A DNA stretch of 64,000 nt from Azolla caroliniana. Lineage: Eukaryota; Plantae; Polypodiophyta. Each line of letters starts with the position of its first letter. Position 1 is the first letter of the stretch. The position numbers were made by a program, and so were the translations under genes. This document shows positions 53,397-64,000 of this stretch, piece by piece. The notes beneath the pieces were generated by a model. The model was not told the origin of the DNA and did no database searches. It saw nothing but the letters and a program-made list of their open reading frames with translations. Where the stretch lies: assembly GCA_043228905.1 (NCBI GenBank), contig JBHGNT010000010.1, positions 20,584,001-20,648,000 on the forward strand, read 5' to 3'.

Positions 53397-55001
53397 CCGG
53401 GCCTGGGCAATTTGGAGGTCTCTTACCATCTTCGTTAGCTCCTCCAAAGTTGCGCCCCCGAATGGTCCCTTTACCATGTCGGTCGGAACCGTGCCTGACT
53501 TGAGCCACCTTCTTGTATCTTCTAACTGAGTCGGAATCGGTTCTTCTAGCTTCCTCTTGGTAGTCGGGCCGGGCCGAACGACGACCCCGCATCGTTCCAT
53601 TCTCGCCGCTTGTCGAAACGGTTGCAAACTCTTTTCACCATGGCCCAATCAGCCGTGAACCCTTCATCTGTCTCCAATAGGAGACCTACCTTTTCTTGGT
53701 CAAGGGGATTGACCAACTTAATAAACAACAGGACCTTGCTCGTATCGAGCACAGTTCGGTCCAATGCTAAGAATCGCGCGAATCATTTCTCGAACTCCTG
53801 GAGGAATGTCGATGTGTTCCTCCCCTTTTTAGGGCTCTCTACCCACTCCATCAACTCCCTCTTCGATAACCGGAGCTGGTCATCGAAACCGTATCTTTCA
53901 AGGAGCCGCTTCTCAAACTCCGGCCAACTTCGGCAGTCAGCTTGCATCTCGAACACCTCTGCATGAATGCTCAGCGTAACAACCTAGGAGAACACGGACA
54001 ACCGTTTATCATTTGGGATGTCTCTCATCAACATCTCAGCCTTGAAGGCCTCTAGGTAGTTCGTGACGTCCTTCCCTATGAATCGTCTTGTCGTGCCGAC
54101 TACCGTTTCTATGGCCCTGTCGAGGCCACTTGCCCTCTCACGAGCATCAACCAGGCGGCCAACAACCATTGCCATTGCTTTGGCAAGATCATTTTCTCTC
54201 ATCTTGAACTTCTCTACCGCCCCCTTTCACCTCGGGTTCACTAAAGATGTCGTGGATTTCCGCATGGATATGTTGAAGCGGAGTGGGACCATCGGGGTCT
54301 CGAACCAATGAGCCGACGAGAGAATAATGGTTGTCTGAATTGGTGCTCGGATAATTTCGCCGGATAGGCTTCTGGATAAGTACTGAATTTGGAACAATCC
54401 CCGGATGTCGGGCAGTGAGTGCATGGGCTCCGAGATGTATACCATTCCGAAATTGTTGTCGGCTAGCAACGGTGGGCTCGCGAGCTTGCGGGTTCACGCT
54501 CTCATAAACGCACACAAACCGGAATGGGACAGAGTAAAACTCGAGAATGCCAAACGCACAGGAACACTCGGAAACTAATGATTATTAAAGGAAATAGAAA
54601 TTACAACCGGATGAGGCTGATGATGGAGCTTCGAGCTCTGACGCACACACACGCATAGACGATGGTGAGCCTCTGATCGGGAGCACGCAAACTACCAGTG
54701 CAAAACGGAGGCCTCGCACCACGACAATAGAACGCAGAACACAGAGAAGCGAAACCTACAGTGCTCGATCTTGCAACACTTCATTCTCCCGAAAACGAGG
54801 ATCCTCAAAAACAGTCTCAAACCTCCCCTTTTACAGCACAAGGGGAGGCCATTACATCGCAAGTAAATGGCAACCCTTTCTGTCAGAGATTGCCCTCGAT
54901 TCTCTCCATGTAGAGTTCTTCCTATGAATCTCTATATGTGTGGGACATAAAGTACCCATTAACTACTCTACCTAGTACCTTAAATATATTACACATATTT
55001 A

Positions 55002-57318
55002 TGTTAATCCTTAGGGCCGGACAACAGCCTAACACAGGGTGTCCACTTAAGACACTTCACCAAAGGGTGTTACGGCAAGATGACTTACGACACAACGCTT
55101 AATTAGACCTTAATTGGTTACTTAGCAATACGTCATTACACATGTAAGATATAACAATGAGTATAGAACGGTAATCATATACTGAAAGGTTAAGGCGACA
55201 AGTTCTATTAATTATCCGCTGTCAATTACATTGTAATCGGGCCTTTATATAGGTCTCCTGTGCGAAGTTCAAAACGGTGCCAACCGGCACCTATTCGGAA
55301 TCGGTCCAGATCCGGATCGGCATACCGATTCCAGTCCGTCCGTCCATCTTAATAAAATAATTACAACAGTTCCCAAATAAACTATTCCTTTAACACTCTG
55401 GTCTGGACATCCTTAAGCCTTCTTGTCGTCCGGGTAACACATGGCACGCCCGTGGGACAGTACCTTGTATGTCGAACCCATTATCCGGCCCTGCTACTCT
55501 TCGTCCAAAATGTCTAGAATGCTTTGCTCTAGAATTTCCAATGGCTCGTTGGGAATCTGTTGTTGCTGTTGTGGCTGTTGCTGTTGTGGCTGCTGTTCCG
55601 TTTGTGGCTCTGGCACCGGCGTTTCCTTCGTTGTTTCCTCCGTCGGAGTTGTCTCTAGCTGACTGACCCCGACCTAGTCCCCGTTTGGTCCTTGTACCGG
55701 CAACAGTTCCTCATCACTAAGGTTGACCGTTGCCGCTTTCCTTGCTTTTTCTTCCCGAAGCCGGGACCGCTCATAACTCTCAAACAGGATTTGAGCCTCC
55801 AACCGATCGTCGTCCAGTTGAGCTATGAGCTGCCAGACCTGCACCAATTGTTCATCCGCCAGGGCTGTGAAATCTTCGGCCAGCTCATCCCTTATGGCAG
55901 TGAAGTCCTCCGATGTCAGCATATAACAGTCGTCACCTTCCTTCCGCCGATTTTCCACGTCCGCCCTGAGCAATTGGAGTTTCGTCGTATTCTGCGCCCA
56001 TTTCGTCCACCATCACACAGAGCTCTCGTCAATCCAGCGTTTGGTCTTGGTGAGCCATGCCCGGAGGATGTACTAGATCCGTTTGGTTCCCATCCGTGAT
56101 TTGTTCTTCGCGGCTTGTCGCTCCTCTTTCAATTGCTTGATGATTCTGACCGTGTCCGCCTCCTGCTCCCTATAATGCGACAATTGACTTTAATAGGTTG
56201 TTTGCAACCTCTGTAACACCATTGTCACTCTTTCCTTTTCTTCGGGGTTTTGCTTGTGGAGCTCCATCCGGTCCCTCGCCGCTTCCTCCAATAGCTTTGT
56301 ATTCTCAGCTCGTTTGTCGGCGAGTGCCGTTGTGGCCCTATCAACTTCCTGTCGGAGCTTGGTCATCCTTTCCTGTTGTTGCTTATACTCCGTCTCCAGC
56401 TGCTTGTAATCCCGGTGCAGATGATCAAAATCATCAGTCTTCTACTTCAACCTCTGGTTGATCTGCCGGCGCGAGCGGTCCTCCCGATCCTTCTGTTGAC
56501 GGAGTTCTTCCTTCAACCTTTTGATTTCCATCTCCGCCATCCGTTGCAGCTTGTCCTTCTGCTGCAACAATTTTTCTTTTTCCTCCTTTAGCCAGTCGTA
56601 AGCTTGATGCCCTTTCCGCAGATTTTCTTCTGCCCGGCGGAGGTTTTCAACAGTTTTCCTTAACTCCTCTTCTGCTGCTTTCTTCAAATCTCGTTCGCAG
56701 CTCCGTAGTGCTTCTTGTGCGGCAAGTTCGTCGCTTTATTTGGCAAGCTCTTGGGCTTGCGCCGCATCTTTCTCCGGAACAATTTCTGTCTCCGGGGTCT
56801 TATTCGTATGTACATCCACCGGAGTCACCGATGCTTGGATCTGTGTTGCGGTTAAGGCCATCGTGGTCGCCAAAAACTGTGTTAATCCTTAGGGCCAGAC
56901 AATAGCCTAACACATGTTGTCCACTTAAGACACTTCACCAAAGGGTGTTACGGCAAGATGACTTACGACACAACGCTTAATTAGACCTTAATTGGTTACT
57001 TAGCAATACGTCATTACACACGTAAGATATAACAATGAGTACATAACGGTAATCAATACTAAAAGGTTAAGGCAATAAGTTATATTAATTATCCGCTGTC
57101 AATTACATTGTAATTGGGCCTTTATATAGGTCTCCTGTGCGAAGTATAAAACGGTGCCAACCGGCACCTATTCGGAATTGGTCCGGATCCGGATCGGCAT
57201 ATACCAATTTCGGTCTGTCCGTCCATATTAATAAAATAATTACAACAGTTCCCGAATAAACTATTCCTTTCACACTCTGGTCTGGACATCCTTAAGCCTT
57301 CTTGCCGACCGGGTAACA
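55002..57318 (-). mobile_element. Non-autonomous 2.3-kb LTR retroelement with a coiled-coil ORF
   Basis: LTRs 55002-55439 and 56880-57318 (TGTTA...TAACA, about 94% identical by manual count), perfect TSD ATTTA, and PBS TGGCGACCACGATGG at 56858-56872 (minus). Confidence 0.95.
55440..56861 (-). pseudogene. ~470-codon disrupted ORF encoding a long coiled-coil protein with a Gln/Glu-rich tail
   Basis: The ATG at 56861 and the track ORFs 56442-56687 and 55674-55973 are in one frame. Interruptions are isolated TAA/TAG/TGA codons, consistent with C-to-T decay of CAA/CAG/CGA. Confidence 0.75.
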
Positions 57319-58381
57319 ATTTACATTTCTAGTACTCCGGTGCTTGTGTTTTGTGCCTTGACACATCCTTGTTCCTGCGCCAATCCAACCAGTCTTCCTC
57401 CTCACGCCAAAACCCCCGTTCACATGAGTTCAACCCCTTTCTCTCCATATAGCCGGAATTCTTCATGACAACGGTTGGCAAACATAACATCAAGGAAACA
57501 TTAATGAAAGTAGGCATGCACTACACAACACTAAGGAGGAAGAATAATAAATTAGGAATTGGACATTCCTCTTCAGTAAGCATCCACACTTAACTTATCG
57601 TGCACATATTGTTACAACACAACACAATAGTAAAACATTACCCACAATTTCGAGCCCTTTATACTATGTAGGGCAAGACACACAATACTCTTGAATTGTT
57701 AAGTATCTACGAGCTTATTATCTCGTGAGGTGTAGAGAATGTCTTTGACAATGGTAATCGAGTTTGGTGGTTGACAAATGGGAAACAAATTTATCGTTGG
57801 ACAAAAGGGGGAAGCATGTCACATTGGTTTTCTCCAAGACTTATAATATGCTCCCTTGCATGGTAGGCCAAATTAGTAATTATGAAATCCACAATACTTA
57901 ATTGAACATTTACATTAGGTATATCAGCCTAGGTTAATATTTTTATACGATTGATACTTAATTAAACACTAACATTAGGTAGATCAACTAATGATATACT
58001 ACAACAATATAGTGATATGCACTTAAATTATCGTTGCCTTCGCCCATTATTTATATTGTGGTTCACATTTCCTTAGGTTGCAGGCAATCATTGCTTGCCC
58101 CACGAAAAGCAAATGCTTGTCGATGATAATTAGTGACATGACCCATAATTGAGTCCTTACATAGGGCTTATATATCGAGTACTTTGTATGAATAAGTATG
58201 TCCCAAGTATTAGATTGCACATGTTCTGAGCCAGATGTCCAACAAAGGTAACCCATGAGTTCTCTCGAGATTTACAAGAATACTTACCTTTATGTAGTAT
58301 AACTATGCGATTGATATCATGATTGCATTTTGAAGCTGTGGGATACGATTGTGCTTTTAAATATAGATTGGTGGGTATTAA

Positions 58382-58785
58382 TGTCATAGATAGGATGCCA
58401 CATGGAATGTGTGGGGGGGGGGGGTTAAGCCATCACCTCCTGGTCTTATTGGGCAACCTTACCATTTGAGCTACATCCATCTATGCATTATTGTATTGTA
58501 TAATATTCAACTTATTACATTTTAGATTAATCACTAGAACTTTCAAGAAACTTCTAGAGAATGTACCTTCATGCACTCTCTAGAAGTTTCCTAGCTTACA
58601 TGCATACCTCCACATTCTAGTATAAATACTCGGGTGCACCTTGATTACAATCAAGGTGAACAACACCAGTTATGGAAGCATAATATCAGTTCTTGCTATC
58701 TTGTCTATTTTCTCTCTCCCTTTCTTGTTCTCTTGCTTATGCTCTCGCTCTGTCTTAGTATTTAGTCGTTTACCTGTCTGTGACA
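58382..58785 (+). mobile_element. Solo LTR
   Basis: Termini TGTCATAGATAGG / CCTGTCTGTGACA (11/13 inverted), TATAAATA at about 58621 and an internal palindrome AAACTTCTAGAGA...TCTCTAGAAGTTT. The TSD is degenerate (ATTAA/ATTTC). Confidence 0.75.
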
Positions 58786-58930
58786 ATTTCGGGCAATTCA
58801 TGAAAGTTATGTTGTGAGTTTCATGCCACTTGGGACATAGGTGTATTTTATAGACCCATTTTTTATAAGGTGGAGTGGTTTTACTCTACACCAAAGTATT
58901 TATTTAAACCGACAGTTAGAATTTAGAAAA

Positions 58931-60322
58931 AAGGGGATATGTGGTACAATAAACATTCAGTTAAGTATGCACTTTGATATTGGGGAATAAGTGCGCACTT
59001 AATTGAGTTGTGCACTTAAGGGTTAGGCATTTGGTACACCAATTAGCCTCATGATCCTCTCTTCCTTAACCAGAAGGGTTAAGTGTGACAAAGCAATAGA
59101 TGGCTTGGAAGGAGATGTTCCTCCATGACACATTAGAGATAATAAAAAAATTAGGGGCTCTTTCCACATGATTAGGGGCATCTTTAACAATTTGTTAACG
59201 GGCTGCTTTGCATCGGATTATCGTTGGGCTCTTTCCACTAGATTGGGGGTATGTTTAGGAAAATGATCAATGACCTAATATGTTGTGGATTATCAATGGG
59301 CTCTTTGGGGCATGTTTAGTAGATTATCAATGACCTGCTCTATATTAGATTATATACGTGGGTTCCTTCTACCCAATTGGGGGCATGTTCAACAAATTAT
59401 CGGTTGGCTTTCTGTCTAGTGCTCCCAACATATCCATAATCGAATTCACCCATAATAGCTACACGTTAGTTAAGGGCACATTCCCTGGGGATCTTGTTGC
59501 ACCACAAAATTTACGAAGATTGCTGCCTAATTCAAGTGGAAGTTAATCCCAAATCCTCCACCGATGCCCTTGGGTTTTGTTTACTCACCATGAGTCACAT
59601 AAGTAACCCCATAAAAAATAAAAAATGAAGAAACCCTAACCATAAGAGTTGGGTTAAAAGTAGGGCAAGGGACTCATGAAATTGTCTCGACTTAGAACAA
59701 GCCAAGGGAGGAGTATTGTTGTAAATATGAAAACTTAGTTTCGTTCTTCCTTATTCCTCTCATGATGTCCCTAGGGTTTTTCGGTCTATTGGTTGCCATT
59801 TCCATGGCTTAGATTGCTCTCTTAGGCATTTGCTCAAACAATTGAAAACCTTGTGTGTGCCTTTCTCTATAATAGGAGTCAATTGGAACTAGATGAATTT
59901 TGACATGTTGACAAAAACCAATCGGCCTCACCGTACCACTTTCACCACTAATGCAAATTTGTCATCCATAATGACAATGTCAGAACTCTCCTTTGTTGCC
60001 CTAACATCCACTTCTTGAATTGCCGATGCGTGATTAGAATTTAGTACCATGACCTATCATGACAACATCCTCACTTATTTCCTTTAATGTCCCCACCATC
60101 AATAGTTTATCTAATGGAGACGATCTTGCCAAAGACAGGGATGCTTTGCAAATGCTTCTTTCTTTCCTCGTTCGAATATCATTCTATGTAATTTTGTTAA
60201 GAAACAATGTAAATTTTTTGAACTAGATTTTCGCCTCCCAAAAAAGCGCACTTAAAAGAATGGACACACACTTAACCGAATGGTTAGTTAAATATGTCTT
60301 GTACACAACTTTAGTCCCCTTA
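58931..60322. mobile_element. Possible non-autonomous TIR DNA transposon remnant with internal ~70-bp degenerate tandem repeats
   Basis: AAACATTCAGTTAAGTATG (about 58951) is inverted against CACACTTAACCGAATGGTT (about 60267). GGGCTCTTT...GGGGCATGTT...ATTATC units occur about 4 times at 59154-59410. Confidence 0.45.
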
Positions 60323-60522
60323 CTAGGCAGTCCTTGCCTAAATTATCCTATCATCCTCAACTACTACATACCCTAGGTTGATTGTACAAAATCTCGCCAC
60401 TAGACGTCTACTTACATTTGGGTGACATCTCATATTTATCTTATAGTTTCGCATATGTCTCTAGATCTATTTCTTAGTTATCCACCCACTATCCACCCAC
60501 TTCTCTATATATCTCATCTCAT

Positions 60523-61005
60523 TCATGCCCCTATTTCAACTAATGGGAGGGTGGGAACAACCATCTGGGTACCATGTATATCCATTCCATTTTTTGTAGC
60601 CATCGGTGTAGCACACCACCGTTTTCTGGAATTCATCCTCATCAGTTCTGAAGCATCATCAGTTCCATCAATCCGCTCATATCGCGCCCTCAATGTAGTT
60701 ATCAGTGTGTGCCATATTAGCTTAATAAATTCAGCCGGAGGCCGTTTATTTCCTAAAAATACCATGTTACTTTTTGCCGTCCATATGCACCATACGACAA
60801 TGGGTGTAAGCAACATCCATAGATCTCCAAATTCTTGTATATCTTGTATGTATAGCCTTATGACGTTTTCTAATACTAATGTAGTATCTTTTTTTGGAAA
60901 AAACACACACACTATAAACCAAAAGCCTTGCATTGAATGAACCTTCCTCTCATGTACCGAGAAAATGGTGGGTATTCTCCGGCAATTCTTGGAAACATGG
61001 AGGGT
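60523..61005 (-). mobile_element. L1-type LINE ORF2 3' end fragment
   Basis: LWMLLTPIVVWCIWTAKSNMVF matches the WxIWxxRNxxVF motif downstream of zf-RVT. Upstream TLHVSKNC resembles a decayed ETxxHxFxxC. Confidence 0.7.
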
Positions 61006-62099
61006 ATTTACGTAATTATGCAAAAATCCCCCCCTTCATATATATATGTATACAACAGCAGACAATTAGCTTCTGTCTCAGAAAGGGCTTCCTATACACA
61101 ACACCAGGAGCTACGGTGAGTGCTCCTATATTCTCTGTTTATTTAATTTGTAGGGAAATTGATGAGAAGAATAACAGAGGCAGAGATGATCTTATCATTG
61201 ATGAAAGGTATCAGATCTACGTTAGCAAGGTGTTTAAAAGAAGAAGAAGGAAATCTTTTGTTTCTATGTCAAAATTCATGAGCAATCTCTTATGATTACA
61301 AATTCTCACGAGAAAAACCCAAAAAAACAGAAATCAGTCATATCCGTGAAGGTAGTGTAGCTTTTTGTTTTTAATGTCATATTTTTTGAATGTTTTGTTC
61401 ATAGTCTCTATTTCTATTTCTTGTACATGGACTCTTAGCTAGTTTTTCTTTTGTTAATTTCCTAATGCACCTAGTCTTTAAATATGATAAAAAATATAAA
61501 ACTGTCATTTTTTGGTGGAACAAATGATTCAGCCCTTTTCCATCAAGTGGAGAACATACAAGATTGCCTTACTTTTTTGGATACTTACCGGAAAATAGCA
61601 CAAGGTTTTAAAAATCCATTCCATGATGGTATCACTTATTTGCCCACCAGTGCCTTTTATTTATGTTCAGTTAGAATCAAATGTTGCGAATTCATCACTG
61701 CTCTGCAAAACAAGCGTAGAAAGATATATGTGAATTTGTGATGTTAAATCTTCGGGTGTATCTATACATTATATAAAATTAATGCGTAAACATGCAATTT
61801 GGTGTTGTTTTTCCTATTTTATTCAGTGACACATGATGAGCTCTGTAACTTAACCAGTTACATATTTTCCAAGAATTTTTAGGAATTTACCTATTTTCTA
61901 ACGCATGTTTGTTTGACTTATTCTTTTTAGCTCATAATGTTTGCTTTCTTGTCTTGCACGTAGCAGTGAAATGGAATGAAAGTGATATTATTCCGCTGAT
62001 GGGAAAATAAGTCTTTTATGGTTGATCTGCCCACAGAACACTAGATTCTTCACGGTAGTCATGCAACTTTTATTGTTGCTGGCTATCTGTCAATTGGTA

Positions 62100-63720
62100 T
62101 CTGACATCCTCGAGAGATTCCTCAGTCACACTGCCTTATGTCCCGCATTAGCCTGCTGCCTTGTACTGAGCTTCGGTTGAGGACAATTAGACATTTGATT
62201 ACATCTGGTGCTTATCCTGGAAAGTATTCCGGATCCCAGAGAGAGAATATCTGGTTAGACATTTTATCCTCTTGTTCAACATTCTAGTTGAAATCCCAAT
62301 ATCTGGCCAGGTTAATCCTTGGCCAAACTGGGTACTAAGCTCTATGACACTCCTTATGTACCTTAGAACGTGCATCTCGACTTGCCAATGAATCTTTGTT
62401 GGATCCTTTGCAAACTTGTTGCACGGATATAGGAGACACAAGAGTTCTGTGTTTGTCTATCCTCTCCATCTTTCCACTTCCATTCTTCATCAGCTTCAGA
62501 TTGACCTCCACTGGTGTGGAAGTCAACTTCAATTCTCCATCTTGAACACATTAAGAATTAAGAGGGCACATTTGATTTGAGTTACAAAAATACAGTACAC
62601 AATTATCCTTCATCATGAATTTGGACCTCAGCTTCCACAGTTTTTAACATGAATAAACTCTAAGAAGTCTTCATTCTCTCTGCATACTGGTAGAAAGACT
62701 TCTATGCTTCTTGCCTGTTGTGCAAACCTCAAACGGGCCCAGGCATGTCGTGCACAAAAGCCCATTTGTCTAGATTTTCCATATTATCAGGAGACTCAAG
62801 TACCAAAACAGGGATGCTACATCTTAGCATTTGTTACAATCTTATACACTTTTAAGACCAATGCAATTTTCTCAGTCATATTTTGTCTCCTCTTTGTGAA
62901 TCCAACTACTTGTTTTGTGTGAGTTGTAAATATTCTGCATTTTCTTTGGAGAAAGAGCAACATCTGATACTGGTCCAATGATCTGAGTAATGTATCCCAC
63001 ATGGTTTTCCAGGTTATTGGTTTATGCAGACTTGCAGGAGGCTGCTTCATATCCAACATCTGCCAACTTTATGATAGACAGTTGATTCAGTTGGATTCGT
63101 GAACCAGAAGTATATTGGCAAAATTCTTTGTTCCACTTACTTGATTCTTCACGTAAATTGATTTGCTTCCCATGATGGGCACTTTTGGATGTTCCCTACT
63201 GTTATGAACACTGTCAATATTCCTCAATTTCGGATACCAATATCTTCAACGCATCATTTATTGGCTCATTCGTCTATCTAGAAGCCAAGCGTTTCCTGAT
63301 GACCCTGCATTTGAGATTTCTCCATAAGGCCTATAGACATGATGCTATCCATTTCATCAGATTGTCACAATTCCACTCTTTCTTTCTCAACTGAATGCAT
63401 AAAACTCTTGTTGACAGTTGGTGTTTTTTTAATGTTCTGGGCCAAATGTTCCCCTGCTCAATAACATTTCTTGTGTTTTCTTCTGCTTTTCATTATCTTT
63501 GCCACATCTTGTAGGGAAGGCAAAGTTTGTATTCGATGAATTCTGAATGCCTTGCCACAACTCATCCTAATCAATGTTGAGATCTCCTGAAGGAAAATGG
63601 AAGATTCTGCACCTGAGTGGTCAATGCTGTGATCAGGCCATCAAATTCTGAAGGAAGTGGGCAGATACACCTCAGTGCTAGCCACCCTTTCTCTAAGTCT
63701 CTCTTCCTCCATCCACTCAG
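62100..63720 (-). mobile_element. Highly decayed Ty1/copia pol remnant
   Basis: KFAKDPTKIHWQVEMHVLRYIR and KLTSTPVEVNLKL match copia RT C-terminal motifs (FMxxPxxxHWxAVKRILRYL; KPVSTPME). Weaker integrase-like traces lie further right, so the right boundary is approximate. Confidence 0.65.
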
Positions 63721-64000
63721 CACCTAACTGAGTCTGTAGGTCCCATTCCACATCTGTAGGTTTGGATCCTGGTCTTTTTGTGCTGAATCAGCATCGCATT
63801 GAATCTGTTATGCCTATCACGATTGTGTATATGGATTCCCCATTCCACCTGTGGGGGTTTTTCCACTTGAGTTGAACCTGCAACTATAAAAATAATAAGT
63901 AAAAAAGAGGGGGCTATTTGCACAATTTCAGCTTCCCTTTTTACTTATGCTTAACATGCCGCCATAGAGGGGTAGCATAGAAAAAACAAAAGAAAGAAAG

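Larger units (their letters stand above)
45129..57409 (-). mobile_element. Degenerate Ty3/gypsy LTR retrotransposon with several nested insertions
   Basis: 5' LTR 54248-57409 (interrupted by 55002-57318) and 3' LTR 45129-47503 (interrupted by 45772-47307) are clearly homologous. Purine-rich PPT-like tract at about 47504-47521. Internal order on the minus strand: gag (54202-52523, zinc knuckle CVWCDAIGNIQKDC), RT C-terminus (VRRFLGACVFY, 51343-50939), RNase H (ELWGIVSAIK, HISGKDNVMADML), integrase (HESPWSRH...CESC, KWMVDLV, YNSKANEKVEHGH, GPY module). Many stops and frameshifts; protease and the RT core are not seen. Confidence 0.9.

Overview
Eukaryotic land-plant nuclear DNA: AT-rich, intron-containing and rich in (GA)n tracts. 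A non-seed plant such as a fern is my inference only. It holds (i) a complete 26-coding-exon phosphatidylinositol 4-kinase alpha gene (minus strand, 4677-16740, about 2039 aa, two GC-AG introns), plus the first coding exon of a tandem paralog running off the left edge; (ii) a decayed 18S rRNA fragment at 2048-2303; (iii) a RING-H2 E3 ligase gene of the YEELL/CTL (MBR/HIP1-like) type (minus, 29353-32359), with a repeat-built uORF array upstream; (iv) two AT-rich blocks (18-27 kb, 35-42 kb) of decayed, unidentified reading frames and LINE remnants; and (v) a nested retrotransposon cluster (43-64 kb). That cluster is a degenerate Ty3/gypsy element containing a Ty1/copia deletion derivative, solo LTRs and a 2.3-kb non-autonomous LTR element carrying only a coiled-coil ORF. 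No prokaryotic-type system (CRISPR etc.) is supported. All alignments, counts and translations were done by eye; no database searches were run.
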